Assembly: GCA_031254195.1 (NCBI GenBank)
Contig: JAIRUW010000044.1
Span: 6,208 to 70,207 of the forward strand
Direction of reading: 5' to 3'
Length of the DNA stretch: 64,000 bases
Source: Oscillospiraceae bacterium
GTDB lineage: Bacteria; Bacillota; Clostridia; Oscillospirales; UBA929
The position numbers were made by a program, and so were the translations under genes. Positions 1 to 8,278 of this stretch are shown piece after piece. A model generated the notes under the pieces. The model was not told the DNA's origin. It did not search any database and was given only the letters and a program-made list of their open reading frames with translations. Each line of letters opens with the position of its first letter. Positions within the stretch are counted from its first letter, which is position 1.

Positions 1-70
1 AGTTCAGACTGGGCACAGCTCCTTGCTCCGTTCAGCGGAGCCTAACGTCCAAAAGGAGGTGTCAACAGCC

Positions 71-370
71 ATGGCAAAAGTCAAAAGCAGGTATGAAACG
101 GTCTTCATCCTCAGCGCTACGCTGAGCGAGGAAGCCACCGCAGCCACCGTAGAGAAGTTCAAAACCCTGATCGAGCAGAACGGTACGATCGGGGAAATCG
201 ACGAGTGGGGCAAACGCCGCCTCGCCTACGAGATCAACGACGAGGCGGAAGGGTATTATATGCTGATCAACTTTGAATCAGACCCCGATTTCCCCGCCGA
301 ACTCGACCGCGTCTACCGCATTACCGAAGGCGTACTGCGCAGCCTGATCATCTGTAAAGACGAAAAATGA
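71..370 (+). CDS. rpsF: 30S ribosomal protein S6
   Basis: ORF 23..370. The internal ATG at 71 is preceded by AAAAGGAGGT (51-60). The translation MAKVKSRYETVFIL...WGKRRLAYEI is S6-like, and the rpsF-ssb-rpsR gene order is canonical. Confidence 0.93.
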   Translation: MAKVKSRYETVFILSATLSEEATAATVEKFKTLIEQNGTIGEIDEWGKRRLAYEINDEAEGYYMLINFESDPDFPAELDRVYRITEGVLRSLIICKDEK

Positions 371-380
371 GGGATAGTCT

Positions 381-839
381 ATGCTGAACAAGATCATCTT
401 AATGGGCCGCCTCACCCGCGAGCCCGAGCTGCGCACCACACAGAACGGCATCAGCGTCGCGAGCTTTACCCTCGCCGTGGAGCGCGACTTCCAGCGCGGC
501 GAGGAGCGGCAGACCGATTTCATCGACATCGTGGCGTGGCGCGGAACCGCCGATTTTGTACACAAATATTTCCGCAAGGGCCAGCTCGTCGCGGTGACAG
601 GCCGCCTCCAGTCCCGCAAGTGGGAGGACAAGGACGGCAACAAACGCACCTCCTTCGAGGTGGTTACTGAGGAAGTGCATTTCGCCGAGAAAAAGCAAGA
701 CTCTCCTAATTACGGCGCGCCGCCGCCCGCCGGGGCGTCCCCGCAGCGCGCGCAACAGGACGAGTCGCCCCCGTTCCGGCTCGACGCTCCCGCCACCTTC
801 GCGGAGCTCGACGACGACGACGGCGAACTGCCCTTTTAA
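381..839 (+). CDS. ssb: single-stranded DNA-binding protein
   Basis: OB-fold N-terminus (MLNKIILMGRLTREPELR...FIDIVAWRGTA), a Pro/Gly/Gln-rich linker and the acidic C-terminal tip DDDDGELPF typical of bacterial SSB. Confidence 0.95.
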   Translation: MLNKIILMGRLTREPELRTTQNGISVASFTLAVERDFQRGEERQTDFIDIVAWRGTADFVHKYFRKGQLVAVTGRLQSRKWEDKDGNKRTSFEVVTEEVHFAEKKQDSPNYGAPPPAGASPQRAQQDESPPFRLDAPATFAELDDDDGELPF

Positions 840-843
840 TATC

Positions 844-963
844 GAGCTGCTCCATCGTCTCGCAGGAAGTCTAAACGACGCCGGAGGGCGAATTCACTTC
901 GCCCGCAAGCGGCAGTTTAGACAACCGACCGCGAGGCGTACATGGAGCGTAACATGAAAGGAG
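844..963 (+). repeat. Element A copy 1: long imperfect hairpin repeat between ssb and rpsR, ending in the rpsR SD
   Basis: Shares GAGCTGCTCCATCG, GAATTCACTTC and GGCGTACATGGAGCGT.ACA..AAAGGAG blocks with 16090-16184. Internal pairings: GTCTAAAC/GTTTAGAC, GGGCGAA/TTCGCCC and GCTCCAT/ATGGAGC. Confidence 0.7.
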
Positions 964-973
964 AATATAACCC

Positions 974-1210
974 ATGGGAACCGACAGAGGCCCCCGCGGG
1001 CGCAAGCGCAGGAAGGTATGCTCCTTCTGCGCCGACCGTGTGGAGCATATTGACTATAAAGACGCCGCCAAGCTGCGCCGTTTCTTATCCGAGCGCGGCA
1101 AGATCCTGCCCCGCCGCATGACCGGCACCTGCGCCGCCCATCAGCGCGAAATGACTTTGGCCATCAAGCGCGCGCGGCATATCGCCCTGCTGCCGTATGT
1201 GACGGAGTAA
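974..1210 (+). CDS. rpsR: 30S ribosomal protein S18
   Basis: The translation ...[64 protein letters not shown] is S18. The SD AAAGGAG lies at 957-963. Confidence 0.95.
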   Translation: MGTDRGPRGRKRRKVCSFCADRVEHIDYKDAAKLRRFLSERGKILPRRMTGTCAAHQREMTLAIKRARHIALLPYVTE

Positions 1211-1230
1211 AACACAGCGACAATAACGGT

Positions 1231-1258
1231 AAAAGACGCAATTTGCTTGCGTCTTTTT
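1231..1258 (+). terminator. rho-independent terminator after rpsR
   Basis: Stem AAAAGACGCAA (1231-1241) pairs with TTGCGTCTTTT (1247-1257) around the loop TTTGC, and runs into a T tract. Confidence 0.75.
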
Positions 1259-1275
1259 GCTTGACATGCTATACT
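1247..1275 (+). promoter_or_regulatory. candidate sigma-A promoter for queT (TTGCGT-17-TGcTATACT extended -10)
   Basis: -35 TTGCGT at 1247-1252, a 17-nt spacer, then TG at 1267-1268 and TATACT at 1270-1275. Predicts a leader of about 140 nt. Confidence 0.45.
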
Positions 1276-1295
1276 AGAGCAGATTCACCGCCCGT

Positions 1296-1335
1296 GTACT
1301 ATAAATAGCAATCCCCCGCGAGCTATTTATAGTAC
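1296..1335 (+). promoter_or_regulatory. perfect 14-bp inverted repeat (hairpin or operator) in the queT leader; function unknown
   Basis: GTACTATAAATAGC (1296-1309), loop AATCCCCCGCGA, GCTATTTATAGTAC (1322-1335). Confidence 0.5.
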
Positions 1336-1425
1336 GAGCGCAATCTTGGCCGGAGAAGGCTTTGCCTTCGCAGGGCAAGATGGAGCGGCAGGGCGCGCGT
1401 GAATCGTGACAGAAGGGAAGCCTCT

Positions 1426-1914
1426 ATGATTAAGAAGACCGCCTTTTCCGGCATCATCGCCGCTATGTACATAGCCCTTGTGATGGTCACCATACCGACC
1501 TCATTCGGGCTTATGCAGTTTCGCGCCGCCGAGGCGCTGACCCTGCTGCCGTTTTTATTCCCGGAGGCCATCCCGGGGCTGTTTATCGGTTGTCTTCTGA
1601 GCAACATGATTTTCTCCGACCTGGGGCCGCCCGACTGGATATTCGGCTCGTTCGCGACTTTATCCGCCGCAATCGTCACGGCGCGGTGCAAAAACCGCTG
1701 GCTGGCGGCCCTGCCGCCGGTCGTGATAAACGCGGCGGTAATCGGCGTCATGCTCAGCGTCTTATTGCAGCTGGGGATGGCGGCTGTTCCGTTCAGCATC
1801 CTGACCGTCGGGCTGGGGCAGGCTATTGTCTGTTTCGGGCTGGGCGTCCCGTTGATTTATATTTTGGAAAAGGCGGGCTTGCGTGACCGTCTTTCCTTAG
1901 ACCGGAGGATATGA
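1426..1914 (+). CDS. queT: QueT family queuosine-precursor transporter (ECF S-component)
   Basis: ORF 1399..1914; ATG at 1426 lies after GAAGGGAAG. The translation has ...FGLMQFRAAEALTLLPFLFPEAIPGLFIGCLLSNM...GSFATLSAA..., the QueT/COG4708 pattern, and is multi-TM. Confidence 0.85.
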   Translation: MIKKTAFSGIIAAMYIALVMVTIPTSFGLMQFRAAEALTLLPFLFPEAIPGLFIGCLLSNMIFSDLGPPDWIFGSFATLSAAIVTARCKNRWLAALPPVVINAAVIGVMLSVLLQLGMAAVPFSILTVGLGQAIVCFGLGVPLIYILEKAGLRDRLSLDRRI

Positions 1915-1916
1915 TT

Positions 1917-3080
1917 ATGGACAAACACATCGAGACCGCGGCGGCACGCTTCGCCGCACTGATCGCTTCGCAGCTGAAACGCGTCGAGAACATGGCGGCA
2001 CAGCCGGACTTTATCGACTATGCCAAGCTGGACAAGCTGATTATCGGCGTCTGCGGCGGCGACGGCATAGGCCCGTCGATCACCGACGCGGCGCGTTCAC
2101 TTTTGGAAGAGCTGCTGCACGGCGAAGCGGTGGAGTTCCGTGAAATCGCGGGACTGACCATCGAGCGCCGCGCCGAGTGCGGCAAGGCCATCCCCGACGA
2201 TACGCTGGAAGAGCTGAAAGCCTGCCATATTATCCTCAAAGGCCCGACCACCACTCCCCGCGCCGGCGACCCGTGGCCCAACATTGAGTCGGCCAACGTC
2301 GCCATGCGCAAGGAGCTTGACCTTTTCGCCAATGTCCGCCCGGTCAAGGTGCCTATGCAGGGAATCGACTGGGTCTTTTTCCGCGAGAACACCGAGGGCG
2401 CGTATGCTGTCGGCAGCCAAGGCGTCCATGTCACCGACGATCTGGCCATTGACTTCACCGTCACCACCACCGGCGGCACCGAGCGCATCGTCCGCCAATC
2501 GTTTGAGTACGCCAAAAAGACCGGGCGGAAGCGCGTCACCGCCGTAACCAAAGCCAACGTCGTCAAGGCGACCGACGGCAAGTTTCTATCCATCGCCAAG
2601 GAGATCGCGGCGGAATACCCCGATATTGCCTTTGACGATTGGTACATCGACATCATGACGGCAAAGCTCCTCGACGAAAAGCGCCGGAGGGACTTTTCCG
2701 TCTTCGTCCTGCCCAACCTCTACGGCGACATTTTAACCGACGAGGCCGCCGAGTTGCAGGGCGGCGTAGGTACCGCCGGTTCCGCCAACATCGGCAAGCG
2801 GTACGCTATGTTTGAGGCCATCCACGGCTCTGCGCCCCGTATGGTGGAGGAAGGGCGCGCTCCATATGCCGACCCGACTTCGATGCTGCGGGCCTCAGTG
2901 TTGCTGCTGGAACACATCGGACGCGCAGAGAAGGCCCAACTGCTGGAGCGCGCGTTGGACATCTGCGCCATCGAAGAGCGCCGCGTAACCGTCACAGGGC
3001 GCGACACCGGGTGTACCGGGCGGCAGTTCACCGAATATGTGCTGGAGACAGTCGGCAAAATCAAGGGCGGAACGCTATGA
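1917..3080 (+). CDS. isocitrate/isopropylmalate dehydrogenase family protein
   Basis: Contains GVCGGDGIGPSI, ...RENTEGAY... and NLYGDILTDEAAELQGGVGTAGSANIG, motifs of the beta-decarboxylating dehydrogenase family. The ATG at 1917 has better SD spacing (GGAGGA 1904-1909) than the one at 1911. Substrate not assignable. Confidence 0.85.
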   Translation: MDKHIETAAARFAALIASQLKRVENMAAQPDFIDYAKLDKLIIGVCGGDGIGPSITDAARSLLEELLHGEAVEFREIAGLTIERRAECGKAIPDDTLEELKACHIILKGPTTTPRAGDPWPNIESANVAMRKELDLFANVRPVKVPMQGIDWVFFRENTEGAYAVGSQGVHVTDDLAIDFTVTTTGGTERIVRQSFEYAKKTGRKRVTAVTKANVVKATDGKFLSIAKEIAAEYPDIAFDDWYIDIMTAKLLDEKRRRDFSVFVLPNLYGDILTDEAAELQGGVGTAGSANIGKRYAMFEAIHGSAPRMVEEGRAPYADPTSMLRASVLLLEHIGRAEKAQLLERALDICAIEERRVTVTGRDTGCTGRQFTEYVLETVGKIKGGTL

Positions 3081-4180
3081 AACAACGGGCATGGTGTGTT
3101 TTTCTGGCGCTGACACTGCTGTTTTCCATGTCGGCGTCCGGTTTCGCCACGCCCGGAACGAGCAGCAACCCTGTGATCACGTTGCGTTATATCCAAGATG
3201 ACTATCTGCCCTCCATTGGGAACAAAGCCGCCGCCGCCGCCGACAACCGCCTGTCCGAACTATTCTCACACGTACAAGGGCTGTTGGGCGGCAGCGATTT
3301 GCAGCTCAACGAAAAAGCGCTGACGCGCAAGGTCATATCGCGACTAAATCTGCGGGCAGCCTCGCCGGGGTCGGTCACTCTCAAACAAGGCTCGTCGCTG
3401 ACACTGGGGCAAGGCTCCTCCGTCCAATTGGTGTCAGGCGCCGCCGCTTTTGACAGAGGTGTACTGACCGACGCCACCGCGGGGCGGGACGTCGCGCCGA
3501 AAGGCGCGCTGGAAGGAATGCGCCTCTATTTCAGCCTGGCCGCAGAAACAAAGGTCAAGGTCACGGCCGACGCTGTTGTGCAGATCTACGGGACATACCG
3601 TATCACGCCGCCCTATGAAGTCATGTACAAAGACCTCTGCGACGCGCTGATGATGATGGAGATTATCAACACCTATGAGCTGGAGCGCAACACGACGCGG
3701 ATGGAGATGTTCATCATCTTTGTGACCATCCTCGGCGTCAAGCAGGAAGCGTCCGCCTACCCCGGCACACATCCGTTCACAGACGTAGGGTGGGGGCCGG
3801 AATACGTCGCGTATCTATACGACAACGGCCACACCGCCGGCACCGGCGGCGGCCGGTTTTCGCCCAACGACCCCGGTTCGGTGCAGCAGCTGTGCTTTAT
3901 CCTGCTCAAAGCACTGGGGTACAGGGACAGGGTCGATGTCTTCTATGAGACCGCCGTCGCCGACGCGGTGAAATGGGGGCTGTTTTCCCAGCGTGAGGTC
4001 GATATTCTTCTCTCGGAGGAATTTACCCGCGACGCGATGATGTATATGACCTATTACAGCCTGTCCGCGAGGTATAAAGACAGCGGCGAGCGCGTCATTG
4101 ACCGGCTAATTGCGGTCGGACAGGTGAAAAGCGAAGACGCGGCCAAAGCCCACGCGTCGGTGGCGCGGAAGCGGTTTTAG
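3077..4180 (+). CDS. secreted hypothetical protein with a C-terminal SLH-like segment
   Basis: The ATG at 3077 overlaps the upstream stop (ATGA). Signal peptide MKQRAWCVFLALTLLFSMSASGFA. The C-terminal segment FTDVGWGPEYVAYLYDNGHTAGTGGGRFSPNDPGSVQQLCFILLKALGY resembles an S-layer-homology repeat. Confidence 0.7.
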   Translation: MKQRAWCVFLALTLLFSMSASGFATPGTSSNPVITLRYIQDDYLPSIGNKAAAAADNRLSELFSHVQGLLGGSDLQLNEKALTRKVISRLNLRAASPGSVTLKQGSSLTLGQGSSVQLVSGAAAFDRGVLTDATAGRDVAPKGALEGMRLYFSLAAETKVKVTADAVVQIYGTYRITPPYEVMYKDLCDALMMMEIINTYELERNTTRMEMFIIFVTILGVKQEASAYPGTHPFTDVGWGPEYVAYLYDNGHTAGTGGGRFSPNDPGSVQQLCFILLKALGYRDRVDVFYETAVADAVKWGLFSQREVDILLSEEFTRDAMMYMTYYSLSARYKDSGERVIDRLIAVGQVKSEDAAKAHASVARKRF

Positions 4181-4199
4181 ACGGAGGGAAAGAGACGTT

Positions 4200-4724
4200 A
4201 TGAAAAAATGCCTGATCGTCGTAGATTTTCAAAATGATTTTGTAACCGGCCCCCTTGGGTTTCTCGAAGCCGCTGGACTAGAAAAGCATATCATTAAAAA
4301 AATAAAGCAATACCGCAGCAACGGCGATGAGGTACTCTTTACGTTCGATACCCACGAGGAGGATTACTTGCGGACACAGGAAGGCAAAAACCTCCCGGTC
4401 CCCCATTGCCTGCGGGATACGGAAGGCCACAGGCTGTACGGCTGTGTGGCGAATTTGATGCTGGATTCGGACCGGCAGTTTTGCAAAAATACGTTCGGCT
4501 CCGACGAGTTGTATCAATATCTCAAAACAGAGCCGTTTGAGAGCATTGAGCTGGCGGGCCTGGTTTCTAATATTTGCGTCATCGCCAATGCCGTGCTCAC
4601 CAAGACGGCGCAGCCGGAAACGCCTGTTATGGTGGACGCGAAATGTACGGCGAGCTATGACGGCAAACTGCACCGGGCGGCTTTGGATGTGATGGCGGGT
4701 CTGCAAATTCAGGTATTAACATGA
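4200..4724 (+). CDS. pncA: isochorismatase-family cysteine hydrolase, probable nicotinamidase
   Basis: MKKCLIVVDFQNDFV... and a ...LAGLVSNICV... catalytic-Cys context. Translationally coupled to pncB (overlap 4721-4724). Confidence 0.8.
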   Translation: MKKCLIVVDFQNDFVTGPLGFLEAAGLEKHIIKKIKQYRSNGDEVLFTFDTHEEDYLRTQEGKNLPVPHCLRDTEGHRLYGCVANLMLDSDRQFCKNTFGSDELYQYLKTEPFESIELAGLVSNICVIANAVLTKTAQPETPVMVDAKCTASYDGKLHRAALDVMAGLQIQVLT

Positions 4725-6163
4725 ACCTGTCCATGCTCTGTGATTTCTATGAGTTCACCATGAGCAACGGGTATTACAAAAACGGTTTTCATACGAAAAC
4801 CGCTTGTTTTGATGTCTTTTTCCGCTCGGTGCCGGACAAAGGCGGCTTTGCCATTTCGGCGGGGCTGGAACAGGTGATCGAGTATATCCAATCGCTACGG
4901 TATGACGCTGAGATGATAGCGTATCTGCGCTCAAAGGGGCTTTTTGACGAGGGATTTTTGGAGTATCTGAAATCGTTTCGTTTCACAGGGGATATGTACG
5001 CCGTCCCGGAGGGTACGCCCATTTTCCCCAATGAGCCGGTCATGACGGTGAGGGCGCCGGTGATTGAAGCGCAGATGATTGAAACCTTTGTGCTGCTGGC
5101 CCTAAACCATCAGTCCCTGATTGCCACCAAGGCCAACCGAATCGTGAGGGCGGCACAGGGACGCGCCGTTTGGGAGTTTGGCTCCCGGCGGGCGCAAGGC
5201 GCGGAAGGCGCGATATTGGGGGCACGGGCGGCCTATATCGGAGGTTGTGCCGGAACGTCCTGCACATTGAGCGGCGAGAAGTATAACATTCCCGCCGCCG
5301 GGACGATGGCGCATTCCTGGGTGCAGATGTTTAACTCTGAGTACGAAGCCTTCAAAACCTACTGCGAGCTGTACCCAAAACAAACCACCCTGCTTGTGGA
5401 CGCCTACAGCACCTTAAAGAGCGGGGTCCCAAACGCCATCAGAGCCTTTCAGGAGGTTTTGCTGCCGCGGGGGATTTCCGACTGCGCTATACGGCTGGAT
5501 TCGGGCGATATTTCCTATCTGTCCAAGGAGGCGCGCAGGATGTTGGACGAAGCGGGCCTGCACAGCTGCAAGATCGTCGCGTCCAACTCCCTCGATGAGT
5601 TCCTCATCAAAGACCTTCTCATACAGAACGCCAAAGTGGACATTTTCGGCGTGGGCGAGCGGCTGATCACGGCAAAGAGCGACCCGGCGTTCGGCTGCGT
5701 ATACAAGCTGGTCGCCGTGGAAGACGGGCAGAGGAAAATTATCCCTAAAATCAAGGTGAGCGAAAGCCTGTCGAAGATCACCACCCCGCACTATAAGAAG
5801 CTGTACCGGCTTTTCGATAATCAAAGCGGGAAAGCCCTTGCCGATGAGGTATGCGTTTACGACGAGGCCATCGACCACACCAAGCCTCATACCATCTTCG
5901 ACCCGGCCGCCACATGGAAGAGGAAGACGCTGACGGATTTTACCGCGAAAGAATTGCTTGTCCCCGTCTTCCAAGGGGGCGAGCTTGTGTATGACCCGCC
6001 TGGCATTCAGCGGATAAAGGCGTACTGCGCGGAACAGGTGGCTCTGCTTTCGGACGAGGTGAAACGGTTTGAGAACCCGCAGACATATTACGTGGATCTG
6101 TCGCAAAAGCTGTGGGATATACGGCAGCGGCTTCTGGCCGAGACGGCGGGCAGTTTTCTATAA
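4721..6163 (+). CDS. pncB: nicotinate phosphoribosyltransferase
   Basis: 480 aa. LCDFYEFTMSNGYY...FRFTGDMYAVPEGTPIFPNEPVMTVRAP..WEFGSRRAQG..GTMAHSW is an NAPRTase signature. Confidence 0.92.
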   Translation: MNLSMLCDFYEFTMSNGYYKNGFHTKTACFDVFFRSVPDKGGFAISAGLEQVIEYIQSLRYDAEMIAYLRSKGLFDEGFLEYLKSFRFTGDMYAVPEGTPIFPNEPVMTVRAPVIEAQMIETFVLLALNHQSLIATKANRIVRAAQGRAVWEFGSRRAQGAEGAILGARAAYIGGCAGTSCTLSGEKYNIPAAGTMAHSWVQMFNSEYEAFKTYCELYPKQTTLLVDAYSTLKSGVPNAIRAFQEVLLPRGISDCAIRLDSGDISYLSKEARRMLDEAGLHSCKIVASNSLDEFLIKDLLIQNAKVDIFGVGERLITAKSDPAFGCVYKLVAVEDGQRKIIPKIKVSESLSKITTPHYKKLYRLFDNQSGKALADEVCVYDEAIDHTKPHTIFDPAATWKRKTLTDFTAKELLVPVFQGGELVYDPPGIQRIKAYCAEQVALLSDEVKRFENPQTYYVDLSQKLWDIRQRLLAETAGSFL

Positions 6164-6186
6164 TAGGAAATCCGCCGCCGCCTGCG

Positions 6187-6245
6187 AGCGGCCCCCTCCC
6201 CCGTGTCCGCGTTTTCGCGGCTCTTGGGCGAGGGGGCGCTTTTTA
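6187..6245 (+). terminator. two-tier hairpin terminator after pncB
   Basis: GCCCCCTC (6191-6198) pairs with GAGGGGGC (6230-6237). An inner hairpin is CCGCG-TTTT-CGCGG (6207-6220). A T-run follows at 6240-6244. Confidence 0.55.
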
Positions 6246-6359
6246 CCGTTTTTTCCTCTTCGCGGGAATCAGCCCGGTCATATCGTTGGCTGACGCCACA
6301 TGGGCCGGCGTCTCGTCCAGGTGCTTCATCTTGGGGGACTGTGAGTTTTTTCCTTTCAA
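6243..6359 (-). CDS. candidate small protein (38 aa, TTG start)
   Basis: A strong SD GGAAGGAGGG sits 7 nt upstream of TTG (6357-6359). Translation (M)KGKNSQSPKMKHLDETPAHVASANDMTGLIPAKRKKR. No homolog recognised. Confidence 0.35.
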   Translation of the reverse strand: MKGKNSQSPKMKHLDETPAHVASANDMTGLIPAKRKKR

Positions 6360-6409
6360 GTCCTGACCCTCCTTCCCGTTTCGGCTATCTTTTGCCGAAA
6401 ACAGGAAGG

Positions 6410-8278
6410 CTATACGGTCAGCATGTCCCGCCTGCGGTAGAAGATAAACCCGGCGGCAGTCAGGACGGCGGCGAGGGCTGTCAAAACAGCAAGCGGCGCG
6501 AGGGTGATTTCCTCCATGGGCAGCTGCGGGATAAAGGCAAAGGGCGTGATATTCTGTGCCCACTCGGGGAGCAAACCGGGCAGGCGCCCGATAAAGACTA
6601 GGAAGAACGACAGCCCATAGTAACCCCAAATGGCGCCGGACGCCTTGGGCAGCAGCCCCACCAGCAGGACGGTCACGCCAATCATCACCCATATAGCGGG
6701 GAGGTAGACCAGGTTTGCCCGGAGCAGAAAGCCCAGCGTGATGCCGATTTCCGGGGACTCGGCCAATACCGCCGCAGCCGCTGAATAGACTCCCAGTGCA
6801 GTGGCGCACTGCATCAGCACGCTGGAAAGGAAAGCAAGGACGGTAAAGCTCGACAGGTATCCCGCCCGGGACACGGCGCGGGACAGCATATGCTCGGTCC
6901 GGCCTTCCTTCTCCTCGCCCCGCAGCTTCAACGCGGCGATCAGTACCGGGACGATGGCGATGAACGCCATGATGAAGCCGATAGTCGAGACAAACGATTC
7001 CGTCGCAGTATAGTCGGCGCTGACGCCCATAATCTGGCTGTAAAACTCATTCGTCTCCATAAAGCCCTCAAAGGCTTCGGTGCCTAAAATAGAGCCGTAA
7101 GCCGCGCCGATGGCGAATATCCCGACAAACCACGCGATGACGGAGTTGCGCAGCAGACGGAAGGCCAATCCGAAGGGGGACGAAAGCAGTGGGGACGCCT
7201 CTTTGCGCCCCGGGCGGGCGGCGATGAAGCCTTGCCCCAAGTCGCGCACAGTGTTCAGCGCGTAAGCCAAACTCGTTATGACTACCGACACAAGCAAAAC
7301 CACCAGAGACGGCCACAGATAGTTTTCAACAAAGATTTCGGAGCGTTGGATCAACCCCATCGGGCTGATATAAGACAGCGCTTCCATATCGCCGTTCATA
7401 TCTCCGGCGGCGCGCAGCATGTAGATGACGCCCAACGCTAAGACGGACAGGCTTATCGCGCCCCGCGAGGAGGAGGAGAGCTGGCAGAACAGCGCTGCCA
7501 CCGCCGCGAAAAACAGCCCCGATACGCCCAATGCCACGCCGTAGAGCATCGAACCGGCGAACCCCACCCCTTCGACCCCCATTGCGGCAATCCCTAACCC
7601 GGTCAGCAGAGCGAGTATGGTATTGACGATGACCGCTGTGATCATGGAGGCGTTTAGATTCGATAAGCGCCCGACCGGCAGGGAGAGCACGACTTCCCCG
7701 CGCCCTTTTTCCTCGTCGCCGCGCGTGTGCCGCGCAATCAAGAAGATATTCATAATACCGACGGTGATGATGACCCAGAGCAGCATGAAATTGGTGTACA
7801 ACGCGCCGGTATTGTAGCTCAGCTCAAAGGGAACGGCGGCCAGATAATCCTCAAAGCCCCGCATATGCGTTTTATAGGGGTCGTCTTCGTTAAGGCCGTC
7901 CAAATATATGCTGAACCTAGCCATCAGCGCCACGGGGTCGTCCGTATCTCCGCCTTCTTGCGCTGAAAACGTGTTGAAATACTCGGTGTATCGCGGGAAA
8001 GCCGCCTGGTACGTCATTTTGTGCCGCGAAAATTCCTCTATGTCCTTCTCGTCATGCCCAAAAGCCGGGCCTACCATGGCAATCATGGAGGGGTTTTTCA
8101 ACATACCGACGAGGTTCGCCCTTGATTCCACCCCGCCAAACATCTCCCCCAGAGCGGGCACAAGCCCTACCGAAAATAGTACCAAAGCCAGTATCCAGAC
8201 AGCGGATACCACCCGCTCCCGCCGCAGGATGAAGCGGACGAGGCTGCCGGTGTTCGTAAAACTACCCTTCATCCTCAC
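6410..8278 (-). CDS. ABC transporter permease (large ABC-2-type exporter membrane protein)
   Basis: 622 aa with about 12 predicted TM segments in two halves. Overlaps the upstream ATPase gene by 4 nt. Confidence 0.8.
   Translation of the reverse strand: MRMKGSFTNTGSLVRFILRRERVVSAVWILALVLFSVGLVPALGEMFGGVESRANLVGMLKNPSMIAMVGPAFGHDEKDIEEFSRHKMTYQAAFPRYTEYFNTFSAQEGGDTDDPVALMARFSIYLDGLNEDDPYKTHMRGFEDYLAAVPFELSYNTGALYTNFMLLWVIITVGIMNIFLIARHTRGDEEKGRGEVVLSLPVGRLSNLNASMITAVIVNTILALLTGLGIAAMGVEGVGFAGSMLYGVALGVSGLFFAAVAALFCQLSSSSRGAISLSVLALGVIYMLRAAGDMNGDMEALSYISPMGLIQRSEIFVENYLWPSLVVLLVSVVITSLAYALNTVRDLGQGFIAARPGRKEASPLLSSPFGLAFRLLRNSVIAWFVGIFAIGAAYGSILGTEAFEGFMETNEFYSQIMGVSADYTATESFVSTIGFIMAFIAIVPVLIAALKLRGEEKEGRTEHMLSRAVSRAGYLSSFTVLAFLSSVLMQCATALGVYSAAAAVLAESPEIGITLGFLLRANLVYLPAIWVMIGVTVLLVGLLPKASGAIWGYYGLSFFLVFIGRLPGLLPEWAQNITPFAFIPQLPMEEITLAPLAVLTALAAVLTAAGFIFYRRRDMLTV

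Noticed and set aside
25-41. Hairpin GCTCCG-TTCAG-CGGAGC just upstream of the rpsF SD, possibly the S6:S18 autoregulatory leader.
   Set aside because: The window starts only 70 nt upstream of rpsF, and I cannot recall the motif consensus precisely enough. Too little sequence to support a call.
1296-1335. Class I preQ1 riboswitch assignment for the queT leader hairpin.
   Set aside because: The class I aptamer is a ~34-nt 5-bp stem with an A-rich 3' tail (…CCCUCUAUAAAAAACUA-like). The 14-bp AT-rich perfect palindrome and its flanks do not fit, so only an unassigned candidate is reported.
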